64,000 bases of DNA from Candidatus Limnocylindrales bacterium (GTDB lineage Bacteria; Chloroflexota; Limnocylindria; Limnocylindrales; CSP1-4), in the NCBI GenBank assembly GCA_051306295.1, contig JBPPMZ010000118.1, forward strand, positions 2,076-66,075, read 5' to 3'. Below, in pieces: positions 48,240-58,592 of this stretch (positions within the stretch are counted from its first letter, which is position 1; each line of letters opens with the position of its first letter). The notes under the pieces were generated by a model that was given only the letters and a program-made list of their open reading frames with translations, was not told the DNA's origin and searched no databases. A program made the translations under genes and the position numbers.

Positions 48240-48522
48240 TCTCGGTCCCAGGCGCAGGGGCTGGCGGGGGATAGCGGGCGCGCCGGGACAACCGTTTTCG
48301 CATACAGCAGTGCGCCCTCTGCCATGCTCGGCGATCTGGTTGCTTGCGCCGCCCGATCGCACGATCAGGCCCATATCAGAGGCGACACTGCTGTCTGCCA
48401 GATCCAGGCCCTCGTCAACGTGCCAACAGAACTGTGGCTGCTAACTGCCAGATCCAGGCCCAGATCCGGGCGTGGATCGCGGGCCGCGCGGCGCGGCGCG
48501 GCCCGACGCCCTCGGCGCGACC

Positions 48523-49230
48523 TCAGGCCCGGAACGCCTCACCGGCTCGGAACCGTTCGCGATGGCGGCCGCGCCAGACCGTGACCCGCGAACGGCCGTG
48601 GACCTGCCACGCCCCGTCACGACCGACCACGGCCGTCTCCTCGTCGATGCCGAGCACGACACCCCCGCGCGCTGCCTGGAGCGCGATGAGCGCCGACAGC
48701 GGCTCGGGCCAAGCGTCGTAGTGCGGCACGACGGATACGCCCGGTGCGAATCCCAGGCCGTCACGCCAGCGGACCGGCCATGGCGCCAACCGCATCCGAA
48801 AATCGAAAGTCCGGCCGGCGAGGACCATCGCCCCCGCTGAGCAGCCGGCAAGGACGGCCCCGCGCTCGTGCGCCTCGGCGAGGGAGCGACCCACGGCACT
48901 GCCAGCCAGCACGCCCAGGAGATAGCCGGGCTTGCCCCCGGACAGGTAGACCAGGTCGGCCTCGCCGATGGCCTGCGCCGCGGCCGGATCGTCAGCCCCG
49001 GGCCGGTCGCGCACGAGCACCGGCTCGACCTCCGCGCCGAGCGCCGAGAAGTGGGCGACACCCATCGCCGCCCAGCGGGCGAACACCTCGTCGCCGTCGG
49101 GGTAGGAAGCGGTGGGCAGGATCACGACCCGCGGGCGCGCCCGGCCCGTCGATGCGAGCAGTTCGGCATCGAACGCGTCCATCACGGGAAGGAACTCACC
49201 GGCGCCTACCAGCGCCACCGGCCCGGGCAT
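48523..49230 (-). CDS. peptidase S51 / cyanophycinase-like (type-1 glutamine amidotransferase fold) protein
   Basis: VVILPTAS..., LSGGKP and the nucleophile region GCSAGAMV. Confidence 0.75.
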   Translation of the reverse strand: MPGPVALVGAGEFLPVMDAFDAELLASTGRARPRVVILPTASYPDGDEVFARWAAMGVAHFSALGAEVEPVLVRDRPGADDPAAAQAIGEADLVYLSGGKPGYLLGVLAGSAVGRSLAEAHERGAVLAGCSAGAMVLAGRTFDFRMRLAPWPVRWRDGLGFAPGVSVVPHYDAWPEPLSALIALQAARGGVVLGIDEETAVVGRDGAWQVHGRSRVTVWRGRHRERFRAGEAFRA

Positions 49231-49260
49231 GCGCGAGAGTCTATCTGCGACACTTCGGCG

Positions 49261-50847
49261 ATGACGAGCAGGCAACGCTGGACGCTCCTCGCGGCCATCA
49301 TCGGCTCCGGCATCGTCTTCCTGGACGGGACCATCGTCAACGTCGCGCTGCCGCGTATCGGTCAGGAGTTGCCGGCCACTGTCGTCGGTGTCTTCGAGGG
49401 TCAGACCTACGTCGCGATCGGCTACCTGGCGACCCTGGCCGCCCTGCTGATCCTTGCCGGTGCCCTGTCCGATCACTACGGCCGACGCCGCACCTACGTC
49501 ATCGGCCTCGCCGGCTTCGGCGTGATGTCCGCCCTGTGCGGGCTGGCGCCGAACCTCGAGGCGCTCATCCTGTTCCGCCTACTGCAGGGCGCCGCGGGGG
49601 CGCTCCTGGTGCCGGGCTCGCTGTCGCTCATCAGCCAGGCGTTCGGCGACGCCGACCGGCCGGCGGCCATCGGCCGCTGGGCGTCGGCCACGTCCGCGCT
49701 CGTCCTGCTCGGGCCCATCGTCGGTGGCCTGCTCGTCGATACCGTCGGCTGGCGCGTCGCCTTCCTGGTCAACGTCCCGTTCATCGCCGTGGCCCTGTGG
49801 GCGACCCTCACCCATGTCGAGGAGTCCCGCGACACCGAAGCCGCAGCGGGCTTCGACTGGCTCGGCGCGGTGGTCGCGACGCTGGCGGTCGGTGGCCTGG
49901 CGTTCGGCCTCATCCGCGGGCAGCAGGAGGGCTGGACGGACACGACCGCCTGGGTCTCACTCGGGGTCGGGGTCGTCAGTCTGGTCTTGTTCCCCATCCT
50001 GATGACCACTCGCCCGAACCCCCTCGTCCCGCTCGGGTTGTTCCGGTCGCGGCGGTTCGCCACGGTCAACCTGGCCACGTTCTTCATCTACGGGGCGCTG
50101 TACGGCAACTTCGGCTACCAGGCGCTGGCCCTGCAGAACGTGATCGGCTACTCGGCGCTGGCGGCCGGGACGGTCGGCCTGCCCTCGGGCCTGATGCTGA
50201 CCCTCCTGTCGGCGCGGTTCGGCGCGATCGCCGGTCGACGTGGAGCACGGGCCTTCCTGGTCGTCGGCCCGCTCCTGATGGCCGCGGGCACCCTCTGGTT
50301 CGCGCGGCTCCCGGTCGATTCGCCCGCCTGGGTGGCCGCCATCGACACGCCCGCGAGCCTCATCCCTCCGCCCGGCGTGTGGATCGACGTCCTGCCCGCC
50401 ATCCTCCTGTCGGGCCTGGGCATCTCGCTCATCGTCGCCCCCCTGACGGCGACGCTCATGAGCTCGATGCCGATGCGCTACTCGGGCCTCGGATCGGCCA
50501 TCAACAATGCGATCTCGCGCGTCGGGTATCCGCTCCTGGGCGCCTTCACGTTCATCGCGGTGAGCGCGACGTTCTACGCCGCACTCGGGTCGGCCGCGCC
50601 GGAGCTCGACACGTCGACGGCCGCGGTCCGCGATGCCTTCTCGCCGCTGTATCCACCGGTCGGCGCCACGCCGACCCAGGCCGCGGCCGCCGCCCGGGCG
50701 TCGATGGACGCGTTCCACCTATCGATGCTCGTGTCGGCCGGCCTGCTCGTCATCGGTAGCGCGGTCGGCTTCGTCGGACTGCGTGGCACGGGAGCGATCG
50801 CCCGAGCGGAGTCCGGCGCATCGACGCGGTCGGCGCCAGGATCATGA
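49261..50847 (+). CDS. MFS transporter, DHA2 (EmrB/QacA) family, 14 TM
   Basis: FLDGTIVNVALPRI at the N-terminus and 14 hydrophobic segments. Confidence 0.9.
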   Translation: MTSRQRWTLLAAIIGSGIVFLDGTIVNVALPRIGQELPATVVGVFEGQTYVAIGYLATLAALLILAGALSDHYGRRRTYVIGLAGFGVMSALCGLAPNLEALILFRLLQGAAGALLVPGSLSLISQAFGDADRPAAIGRWASATSALVLLGPIVGGLLVDTVGWRVAFLVNVPFIAVALWATLTHVEESRDTEAAAGFDWLGAVVATLAVGGLAFGLIRGQQEGWTDTTAWVSLGVGVVSLVLFPILMTTRPNPLVPLGLFRSRRFATVNLATFFIYGALYGNFGYQALALQNVIGYSALAAGTVGLPSGLMLTLLSARFGAIAGRRGARAFLVVGPLLMAAGTLWFARLPVDSPAWVAAIDTPASLIPPPGVWIDVLPAILLSGLGISLIVAPLTATLMSSMPMRYSGLGSAINNAISRVGYPLLGAFTFIAVSATFYAALGSAAPELDTSTAAVRDAFSPLYPPVGATPTQAAAAARASMDAFHLSMLVSAGLLVIGSAVGFVGLRGTGAIARAESGASTRSAPGS

Positions 50848-51605
50848 CCGGGGACGGGCCGCGCGACTGGGACGCCCGCACGTACGACCGGGTCGCCGAG
50901 CCGATGACGCGCTGGGGCTCGGTCGTGCTCGACCGACTGCCCCTCGACGGTGACGAGCGGGTGCTCGATGCCGGCTGCGGCACGGGCCGCGTCACCGAGC
51001 ACCTCCTGGAGCGACTCGGTGACGGCGGGCGGGCGATCGCGCTCGACGGCTCGCCGGCGATGGTCGACCACGCCCGCGAGCGACTGGCTCGCTTCGGCGA
51101 TCGAGTCGAGTACGTCGTCGCCGACCTTGGTCAGCCGCTGCCCATCGCGGGCACGGTGGACGCCGTGCTGTCGACGGCGACGTTCCACTGGGTGCCCGAC
51201 CACGGCGCCCTGTTCGCGAACCTCGCGGCCGTGCTGCGGCCCGGTGGCTGGCTTGTCGCCCAGTGCGGCGGGGTCGGGAACATCGCGACGGTCCAACGCG
51301 CCCTGGCGGCCATCGGCGACGGCTGGCTGGGGCCGGTCCATTTCGAGACGCCGCTGGCCACCATCCGGCGGCTCGACGCCGCGGGCTTCGTCGACATCGA
51401 GTGCTGGCTCACGGACGAGCCGACCCGCTTCGCCCCCGGCGAGCCGTTCGAGTCCTACCTGCGCACGGTGGTCCTGGGAGCGCACCTGGAGCGTCTGCCG
51501 GCCGACGAGCACGACGGGTTCGTGGCCGCCGTGGTGGCCGGCATCGGGGAGCCCGTCATCGACTACATGCGCCTCAACATCGTGGCCCGGCGCTCGAGCC
51601 GGTAG
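50844..51605 (+). CDS. class I SAM-dependent methyltransferase (Tam-like)
   Basis: VLDAGCGTGRVTE. ATGA overlap with the MFS gene. Confidence 0.85.
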   Translation: MTGDGPRDWDARTYDRVAEPMTRWGSVVLDRLPLDGDERVLDAGCGTGRVTEHLLERLGDGGRAIALDGSPAMVDHARERLARFGDRVEYVVADLGQPLPIAGTVDAVLSTATFHWVPDHGALFANLAAVLRPGGWLVAQCGGVGNIATVQRALAAIGDGWLGPVHFETPLATIRRLDAAGFVDIECWLTDEPTRFAPGEPFESYLRTVVLGAHLERLPADEHDGFVAAVVAGIGEPVIDYMRLNIVARRSSR

Positions 51606-51669
51606 GGGCTGCTCGGCGCGGCGCGGGCGTCGGCCTTGCGTGGGAATCGCGCCGACCCGGGTCTTGGCC

Positions 51670-52143
51670 TCAGCCCCCTGGCGCCACCACGCGGATCGTC
51701 GCGAGCTCGATCGTCGGGACGCCGCCCGCACCGCCCGAGCGGAACGTCCCCGTCACTTCGACCTGGCCCCAGGTGGCCTGGGCGAGGGCGGGATCATTGG
51801 TCGAGTCGAGCGCGTCGAGGACGTCGGCTGGGACCTCGCCGGTGATCCGGACCGTGCCGCCGCCACATTGCGGCGGGTACGACTCCATCACGACCGAGCA
51901 GAGCTGGGCCACGCCCCCGGTCGCCAGGAAGAAGCCGGCGACCCGAACGGGCTGACCGTCGAGCGCGGCGTCGCCGAGCAGGGCGTCGGTGTCGATGGCG
52001 GTCGCCGGCGGGCTCGGTGCATCGCTGGCTGGCGGGACACCCGACGGGGAGGCCCCGCCCGTGCCACAAGCGGCCAGAAGCAACGAGAGCGAAAGCAGGA
52101 GCTCGGTCGCAGCCAGGCGGGGTCCACGAGTCATGACGTACAT
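51670..52143 (-). CDS. lipoprotein of unknown function
   Basis: Signal peptide with a lipobox (LLLAAC). Alternative start at 52134. Confidence 0.7.
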   Translation of the reverse strand: MYVMTRGPRLAATELLLSLSLLLAACGTGGASPSGVPPASDAPSPPATAIDTDALLGDAALDGQPVRVAGFFLATGGVAQLCSVVMESYPPQCGGGTVRITGEVPADVLDALDSTNDPALAQATWGQVEVTGTFRSGGAGGVPTIELATIRVVAPGG

Positions 52144-52232
52144 GGATTCCGATCTCCCCGTCGCAGGGGTTCGCAGGGTCGGCTGATCGTCTCCCCGACG
52201 CGCGGCGCCCCAACGCCGGTTCCATGATCGAC

Positions 52233-52781
52233 TCAGCCGCGAACCCGGAACGCCCCACCGTGACCCGGGATGACGATGTCGGCGACGGCCAGGACGCGCG
52301 CCCGACCGGCCTCGATGGCCGCGAGGTCATCGGCCAATGGGTCGATCTCCGGCGAGCGGTCCTGCCGCCACCACAGGTGGGTCAGGGCATAGACCGCATC
52401 GTCCGCCTCGACGATGAGGGATGCGTCCTCGCCGGTGTGACCAGGCGTGAGCCACAGTTGGGCGTGCGGCGAGAGCCGGTAGCCGTCACCGTCGTGGTCC
52501 AGCCACTGATCGTCGATGTAGCGAGCCCAGAAGTCGACCACCTCGGCGTTCGGGAAGAGCGCGATGTTGATCGTGTGGTCGGGGTGATGATGGCTCAGGA
52601 ACACGTGCGTGACCGCTTCCGGTGCCACGCCGAGGTCGCGCAGCGGGTCCAGGATCAGGGAGCGTCGCGCGACCATGCCCGGATCCGCCACGATCCGAGC
52701 GTCGCCGTCCTGGACGAGGCTGATGGAGGAACCCACGCGGTCGTGGGCGTAGCCGGCGTGGAGCAGGTGCACGGTCGTCAT
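52233..52781 (-). CDS. MBL-fold metallo-hydrolase
   Basis: HHHPDH motif. ATG at 52781. The remainder of the 603-aa track ORF is an antisense shadow of the amidohydrolase gene. Confidence 0.85.
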   Translation of the reverse strand: MTTVHLLHAGYAHDRVGSSISLVQDGDARIVADPGMVARRSLILDPLRDLGVAPEAVTHVFLSHHHPDHTINIALFPNAEVVDFWARYIDDQWLDHDGDGYRLSPHAQLWLTPGHTGEDASLIVEADDAVYALTHLWWRQDRSPEIDPLADDLAAIEAGRARVLAVADIVIPGHGGAFRVRG

Positions 52782-52922
52782 GGCCGGCGATGCTACGCCG
52801 TCGCGGGGTGCGGGATGACCACGACCCGTCGGGCGGCACGGTGCCAGACTCGCGGCCAGCACCACCCCAGTCCTCGCCCCAGCACGCGGACGCACGCGCA
52901 CGCTCGACCGGAGGCCCCGCCG

Positions 52923-54575
52923 ATGACCCTGGACCGACCCGCCGACCTCGTCCTGACCGGCGGCCGCATCGCCACGATCGATGCCGCCCGATCCTTCGCG
53001 AGCGCCCTCGCCGTGCGTGACGGTCGGATCGTGGCCGTCGGACCGGAGGCGGTGGTCGGCGTGCACATCGGGCCATCGACGAGGGTCATCGCCCTCCGCG
53101 GCCGGACCGTCACACCAGGATTCCAGGACGCGCATGTCCATCCCGTGCACGGCGGCCTGGCACGGCTGCGCTGCGAACTGCACGACACCCGCGGCCGCGA
53201 GGGCTACCTGGCGGTCATCGCCGAATACGCCCGCAGCCACCCCGACGAGACCTGGATCCGGGGCGGCGGCTGGTACATGGACGACTTTCCCGGCGGCACG
53301 CCACGGCGTGAGGACCTGGACGCCGTCGTGTCGGACCGGCCGATCTTCCTGACCAATCGCGACGGCCACGGGGCCTGGGCGAACAGCAAGGCCCTGGAGA
53401 TCGCCGGCATCACCAGGGACACGAGCGACCCGTCCGACGGCCGCATCGAACGCGATGCGGACGGCTCCCCCACGGGCACGCTCCACGAGGGCGCCATGGA
53501 TCTCGTCGGGCGGTTCGAGCCCGATGACACGCCTGGCGACCTGGAGGCGGCCCTTCGCCTGGGCCAGGCCTACCTGCACTCCCTGGGCATCACGGCGTGG
53601 CAGGACGCCACCGTCCGTTCGGAGACGGAGGAGCGTGCGTACGTCGCGCTGGCCGCCAGCGGCGAACTCACGGCACGGGTCATCGGGGCGATGTGGTGGG
53701 AGCATCACCGGGGGCCGGAGCAGATCGAGGAGTTCGTCGAGCGCCGCCGCGTGACGTCCATCGGGCGCTACCAGGCGACCAGCGTGAAGCTGATGATGGA
53801 CGGCGTCCTCGAGAACTTCACCGGCGCGATGCTCGACCCCTACCTCGACGCCGACGGCCGCCCGACGGACAATCGGGGTCTGCTCCAGATCGACCCCGAG
53901 GGCCTGTCGACCTGGGTCCCGCGACTCGACGCGCTGGGGTTCCAGCCGCACTTCCATGCCATCGGCGACGGGGCCGTGCGCGCCTCGCTCGATGCCGTCG
54001 CGGCCGCGCGCGCCGCCAACGGCCCATCCGACACGCGACCGCACATCTCACACATCCAGGTCATCCACCCAGACGACATCGTCCGCTTCCGCGAGCTCGA
54101 CGTGGCCGCCAACGCCCAGGCCTACTGGGCCTGCCACGAGGGCCAGATGGACAACCTGACCATCCCGTTCCTGGGTGATCGCTGGCGCTGGCAGTACCCG
54201 TTCCGTTCGCTGCGCGCGGCCGGAGCCGTCCTCGCGATGGGCTCCGACTGGAGCGTGTCGACGCCGGATCCGCTGCTCGAGATGGAGGTCGCCGTCGAGC
54301 GCATCGCCGATGAGAGCCGCGGCGAGAAGCCGGCCTTCCTGCCGGACGAGCGCATCGACCTGATCGATGCCCTGGCGGCGTTCACGGCCGGCTCCGCGTA
54401 TGTGAACCACCTCGATGACGTGACCGGCACGCTGGAGGTCGGCAAGTTCGCGGACCTGGCCATCCTGGATCGCGATCTGTTCGACCGCGGCGCCGGGGCC
54501 ATCGGGGAGACGCGGGTCGTCGGCACGTTCGTCGAGGGCGCAAGCGTCTACGAGGATGCCGCACTGGACGGATGA
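52923..54575 (+). CDS. amidohydrolase family protein (Amidohydro_3-type metal-dependent hydrolase)
   Basis: GFQDAHVHP metal motif, about 550 aa. ATG at 52923. Confidence 0.88.
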   Translation: MTLDRPADLVLTGGRIATIDAARSFASALAVRDGRIVAVGPEAVVGVHIGPSTRVIALRGRTVTPGFQDAHVHPVHGGLARLRCELHDTRGREGYLAVIAEYARSHPDETWIRGGGWYMDDFPGGTPRREDLDAVVSDRPIFLTNRDGHGAWANSKALEIAGITRDTSDPSDGRIERDADGSPTGTLHEGAMDLVGRFEPDDTPGDLEAALRLGQAYLHSLGITAWQDATVRSETEERAYVALAASGELTARVIGAMWWEHHRGPEQIEEFVERRRVTSIGRYQATSVKLMMDGVLENFTGAMLDPYLDADGRPTDNRGLLQIDPEGLSTWVPRLDALGFQPHFHAIGDGAVRASLDAVAAARAANGPSDTRPHISHIQVIHPDDIVRFRELDVAANAQAYWACHEGQMDNLTIPFLGDRWRWQYPFRSLRAAGAVLAMGSDWSVSTPDPLLEMEVAVERIADESRGEKPAFLPDERIDLIDALAAFTAGSAYVNHLDDVTGTLEVGKFADLAILDRDLFDRGAGAIGETRVVGTFVEGASVYEDAALDG

Positions 54576-54659
54576 CGATGTCCGTTCGCCCACGCACGAC
54601 ACGACCCCCGGTCCCTCCGCCGGGGGTCGTCGTGTGCCCGTGGCACGGCACCGACCCGC

Positions 54660-55247
54660 CTAGAGATCCTCGACGCGATCGATGTCGCGCAGGGTCGCGG
54701 CGGTCGGATCGTCGTCCGCCCAATCGGTGGCGGGGATCACGGCTGCCGCCAGTCGCGCCGGCAGCGCGCGGAGTCGACGCTCCCCGGCCGCCAGCAGGGC
54801 CTCCGCGGCGATCGATGCCGCCCGGCGGTCATAGGCGGCCGGCAGTGGCGGGGTCTCGCCGTCTGCTGTCCCCAGGAGCACCGCGGTCGCGCCTGGGCCC
54901 AGGGCAGTCAGCAGTCGGTGCAGAACGAGCGGCGCCAGGCTGGGCATGTCGCCGGCGACGACGATGACTCGCTCGATATCGGGCTCGAGCGCCGCGAGGC
55001 CGACCGCCACGCCGGCCAGCGGTCCCTGGAAGGCATCCGTGTCATGGGCGAGGCGGGCCCCGGCGGGGACGACGCGTCGCGCTCCGGGTGCGATCACGAC
55101 GACCACATCCGACGCCACGGCCAGGACCGCCTCAACGGCAAGATCGAGCAGCGGGCGACCGTCGATGGGTTCGCTGAGCTTGTCGCGCCCGAACCGCGAC
55201 GACCGACCTCCGGCCAGGACGATGCCGCCGATCCGGCCGACGCTCAC
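54660..55247 (-). CDS. mobA: molybdenum cofactor guanylyltransferase
   Basis: VLAGGRSSRFGRDK. GTG start overlaps the selB stop (GTGA). Confidence 0.88.
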   Translation of the reverse strand: MSVGRIGGIVLAGGRSSRFGRDKLSEPIDGRPLLDLAVEAVLAVASDVVVVIAPGARRVVPAGARLAHDTDAFQGPLAGVAVGLAALEPDIERVIVVAGDMPSLAPLVLHRLLTALGPGATAVLLGTADGETPPLPAAYDRRAASIAAEALLAAGERRLRALPARLAAAVIPATDWADDDPTAATLRDIDRVEDL

Positions 55248-57040
55248 CGAGGAGCCGCCGCGCGCACGGCGGCCGGCGCCTTCGGACCGGGGACATGGCC
55301 CGCGGGCGTGCGGCGCAGGATCGCCCGGCGGTCGAGGTCTTCCAGGATCGCCATCACGTACTTGCGGCTCGTGCCGGTCGCGTCGCGGAGGGCGGCCGGG
55401 GTGAGCGGCGCCTGCGTGGAGAGCCGGAGGGCCGTCGCTGCCAGGTCGCGGTAGGTGGTCATCGCGTAGGCCAGGTCCGGCTCCAGGACCGCGATCCGTC
55501 CGGCACGCTCCAGGGCAGTGACAGCGTCCCGTGGACAGCCGGCGGCGCGCGCCGCCTCAGCGAGCGACGGCGGTGCCGCGACGGCCAATGCCGCCTCCAG
55601 GCGGTCCATCGACGCAGCGACCGCCGGGTCGACTGGAGCCGGCGCGGCAACCCCAGGGAGCCTGACGATGTCGCCGTCGCGGACCAGCCGACCGTCGGCC
55701 ACGAGTCGGTCGATGACGGCCGCAGCCGCGGTCATGGCCGCGTCGCGTCGGATCGTGACCAGTCGTCGGAGGGCGGTCGCCGCCTGGCTGCGGACCGCCG
55801 TCAACGGCGCGCCGCCGTCGCCTGTCGTCGCGAGCACGCTGTCCACGACGGTCGCCTCCAGGTCGGGAGCAAGAGCCGGCGCGCGACCCGAGACGGATAC
55901 CGCACCGTGGAGGTCGAGCCGGGCACGCTGTCCCCCGCCGGCCAGCGCAGCGACGCGCTCGCTCGTCTGGCGCCGCCGCGAGATCCCCCGCGGCGGATCG
56001 ACATCCAGGACGACGCCACCGACTGGCGCGCTGGTGCGGCCGCGCCGCAGCACGAATCGATCGCCCGGTCGGAGGGCGACCGGTTCCGCCAGACGGACGA
56101 TCCCGGCGGGGGTCCCGTCCGGCATGGTCAGGGCGTCGCGTGCGCTCCGACCAACGGCGGCATCGGCCGAGGCGGTGCCAGCGTGAAATCGGCCACGCGC
56201 ACGGTCCGCCACCGGCAACGCGAAGGTCGCCAGGAGCCGATCCGTCGCGAGGACAGCTGGATCCACGGTGAGCACCGCCCCACGATGCAAGCGGTCGAGG
56301 TCGATCCCTACGAGATTCAGGGCCGTTCGACCCCCGTTCTCGACGCGCTCCACCGTCCCGCCGTGCACCTGGATCTCGCGGATCCGGGCCTCCTGCTCTC
56401 CGGGCACCAGGCGGAGTCGATCGCCGCGTGCCAGCGGCCCGCCGCGGAGGGTGCCGGTCACGACGACGCCGTGGCCCTTGACCGAGAAGACGCGATCGAT
56501 GGCCAGGGACGGCGGGCGGGCCTGGGGTTCGTGGCGGGCAGCCAGAACGGCGAGCGCGGCGCGGACCGCCCCGAGTCCCTCCCCCGTTACGCCCGACGCC
56601 GGGAGGATCGGCGATCCCGCCAGTGACGTCCCATCGAGCCCGGCGGCGATGGCGACCCGGACCTCCGCGACACGCTCCGCCGCCACGGCATCGGTCTTGG
56701 TCACGACCACGATCCCCAGCGCGACGCCGAGCGCATCCAGGAGGGCCAGGTGCTCCAGGGTCTGGGCCCGCGGCCCGTCGTCGGCGGCCACGACCAGCAG
56801 GGCGGCATCGATCTCCCCGGCCCCGACCAGCATGTTGCCGACCAGACGGTCGTGCCCGGGCACGTCGACGAAGTCGATGGCCGTCCCGTCCTCGAGCGTC
56901 AGGTGGGCGTAGCCGACATCGATGGTCATCCCGCGACGACGTTCCTCGGGCAGGCGGTCGGCGTCGATGCCGGTCAGCGCACGCAGGAGCGTCGTCTTGC
57001 CGTGGTCGATGTGGCCGGCCGTACCGACGACGAGGGTCAT
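55244..57040 (-). CDS. selB: selenocysteine-specific translation elongation factor
   Basis: [16 protein letters not shown] GTPase domain and C-terminal winged-helix repeats. ATGA overlap with selA. Confidence 0.93.
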   Translation of the reverse strand: MTLVVGTAGHIDHGKTTLLRALTGIDADRLPEERRRGMTIDVGYAHLTLEDGTAIDFVDVPGHDRLVGNMLVGAGEIDAALLVVAADDGPRAQTLEHLALLDALGVALGIVVVTKTDAVAAERVAEVRVAIAAGLDGTSLAGSPILPASGVTGEGLGAVRAALAVLAARHEPQARPPSLAIDRVFSVKGHGVVVTGTLRGGPLARGDRLRLVPGEQEARIREIQVHGGTVERVENGGRTALNLVGIDLDRLHRGAVLTVDPAVLATDRLLATFALPVADRARGRFHAGTASADAAVGRSARDALTMPDGTPAGIVRLAEPVALRPGDRFVLRRGRTSAPVGGVVLDVDPPRGISRRRQTSERVAALAGGGQRARLDLHGAVSVSGRAPALAPDLEATVVDSVLATTGDGGAPLTAVRSQAATALRRLVTIRRDAAMTAAAAVIDRLVADGRLVRDGDIVRLPGVAAPAPVDPAVAASMDRLEAALAVAAPPSLAEAARAAGCPRDAVTALERAGRIAVLEPDLAYAMTTYRDLAATALRLSTQAPLTPAALRDATGTSRKYVMAILEDLDRRAILRRTPAGHVPGPKAPAAVRAAAPR

Positions 57041-58368
57041 CGCGTCGCGGCGAGCGCTCGCTCGATGGCCCCCGCGAGGTCGTCGTCGCGCGTCGGCTCG
57101 ATGGTGCGCAGGTCGAGGACGACCCGGTCGTCATCGATCCGCCCGACGACGATCGGCTCACCCGCCCGGAGCGCGGCCAGCAGCCGGGTCGCCGACCGAG
57201 CGGCGACCGCCAGCCCGATCGACGGCAGCGTCTCCCCCGGAAGCGACCCGCCGCCGATCGTCGAGCGCAGGTCGACGATGCTCGCTGCCTCGCCGATCCG
57301 TGCCTGGAGCGCCGCAGCGCGTGCCTGCAGCCCGGGGAGTGGCGCGGCGATCATCCGCCAGACGGGGATGTCGGTCGTGGCGCGGCCCGCGCGATACAGG
57401 CCCAGGGTGAGCGCGACGGCGGCCATGGTCACCTTGTCCGGCCGCATCGCGCGGGCCAGTGGGTCACGCCGGATGCGCGCCACGAGATCCGCACGCCCGA
57501 CGACGAACCCGGCCTGTGGCCCCCCAACCAACTTGTCGCCGCTGAACGTGACGAGGTCCGCGCCGGCCGACAGTCGCTCGTCGGGCATCGGCTCGTGGGC
57601 CAGACCGTACGTCGCCGTGTCCAGGAGTGCGCCGCTGCCCAGGTCGTCGATGACGATGGCGCCATATCGGTGGGCGATGGTCGCGACGGCCGCCCCGTCC
57701 GGCGCCTCGGTGAAGCCCGACATCGTGAAGTTCGACGGGTGGACGCGGAGGACGACGCGCGCCCGACCCTCGGCGAGGGGCGGCTCGAAGTCCTCGGCCC
57801 TCGTCCGGTTCGTGGTGCCGACTTCGATGAGCTTCGCCCCCGCTCGGCGGATGATCTCGGGGATTCGGACGCCGCCGCCGATCTCGACGAGCTCGCCCCT
57901 CGACACGACGACGCCACCGCCGCGCCCGGCCAACCCGACGGCCAGGGCCGTGGCCGCGGCGTTGTTGTTCGTGACGAAGGCGTCCTGGGCGCCGGTCAGG
58001 GCCACCAGATGGTCCTCAGCAACCCGGGCGCGCGGCCCGCGCCGGCCCGTCGCGCGCTCCATCTCCAGGAGCTGGGGCTCGCGCGCCAAGCGAGCGATCG
58101 CGTCGGCGACCACGGGCGGCCACGGCGCGCGGCCGAGGTTGGTGTGCACGATCACCCCTGTCGCGTTGATGACCGGCGGGACGCTGACGGACCCGAAGTC
58201 GGCCAGTCGCGCGGCAGCCTGGGTCGCCAGCGCCGTCGCGTCACGGGCCGGCATGCCCGCCGCGATGCGCCCTCGCTCGTCTTCCACGACCTCGCGGACG
58301 AGCGCCGCGAGGGCGGACGCATCGATGGCGGGCGTCTGCGAGCGCAACGCGACAAGTACGGCTTCCAC
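57037..58368 (-). CDS. selA: L-seryl-tRNA(Sec) selenium transferase; 5' end uncertain
   Basis: PPSVEAVL..., [16 protein letters not shown] and the PLP-lysine region [13 protein letters not shown]. The track ORF start (58473) lies inside tRNA-Sec. The first canonical in-frame start after the tRNA is GTG at 58368, which has no clear SD. Confidence 0.85.
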   Translation of the reverse strand: MEAVLVALRSQTPAIDASALAALVREVVEDERGRIAAGMPARDATALATQAAARLADFGSVSVPPVINATGVIVHTNLGRAPWPPVVADAIARLAREPQLLEMERATGRRGPRARVAEDHLVALTGAQDAFVTNNNAAATALAVGLAGRGGGVVVSRGELVEIGGGVRIPEIIRRAGAKLIEVGTTNRTRAEDFEPPLAEGRARVVLRVHPSNFTMSGFTEAPDGAAVATIAHRYGAIVIDDLGSGALLDTATYGLAHEPMPDERLSAGADLVTFSGDKLVGGPQAGFVVGRADLVARIRRDPLARAMRPDKVTMAAVALTLGLYRAGRATTDIPVWRMIAAPLPGLQARAAALQARIGEAASIVDLRSTIGGGSLPGETLPSIGLAVAARSATRLLAALRAGEPIVVGRIDDDRVVLDLRTIEPTRDDDLAGAIERALAATR

Positions 58369-58418
58369 GCTGGGCGGGTGCGGATGGTCGGCCGTCGTCG
58401 ACGTTGATCGATCCTCCG

Positions 58419-58516
58419 TGGCGGGAACGCGTGGGAGTCGAACCCACCGCGCCGCACCTGTGTGCCGCGCCACTGGTGTTGAAGACCAGGAGGCCCACCG
58501 GGACCCATCCGCTCCC
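58419..58516 (-). tRNA. selC: tRNA-Sec (anticodon UCA)
   Basis: 98 nt: GGGAGCGGAUGGGUCCCGGUGGGCCUCCUGGUCUUCAACACCAGUGGCGCGGCACACAGGUGCGGCGCGGUGGGUUCGACUCCCACGCGUUCCCGCCA. It has a 6-bp D-stem with a 4-nt loop, the anticodon loop CUUCAAC, a long variable arm, the T-loop UUCGACU and an encoded GCCA end. Confidence 0.9.
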
Positions 58517-58592
58517 GCCGCGATGGTAGCGCGGGATGGACCCGCCGCCCGGGCGGCCCGGGCACATGGGCGTCGCCTCGTATCATCGCGCC

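Noticed and set aside
48385-48468. Possible CRISPR array
   Set aside because: There are only two copies of a 17-mer, with an extra partial copy. The repeats are too short and no cas genes are present.
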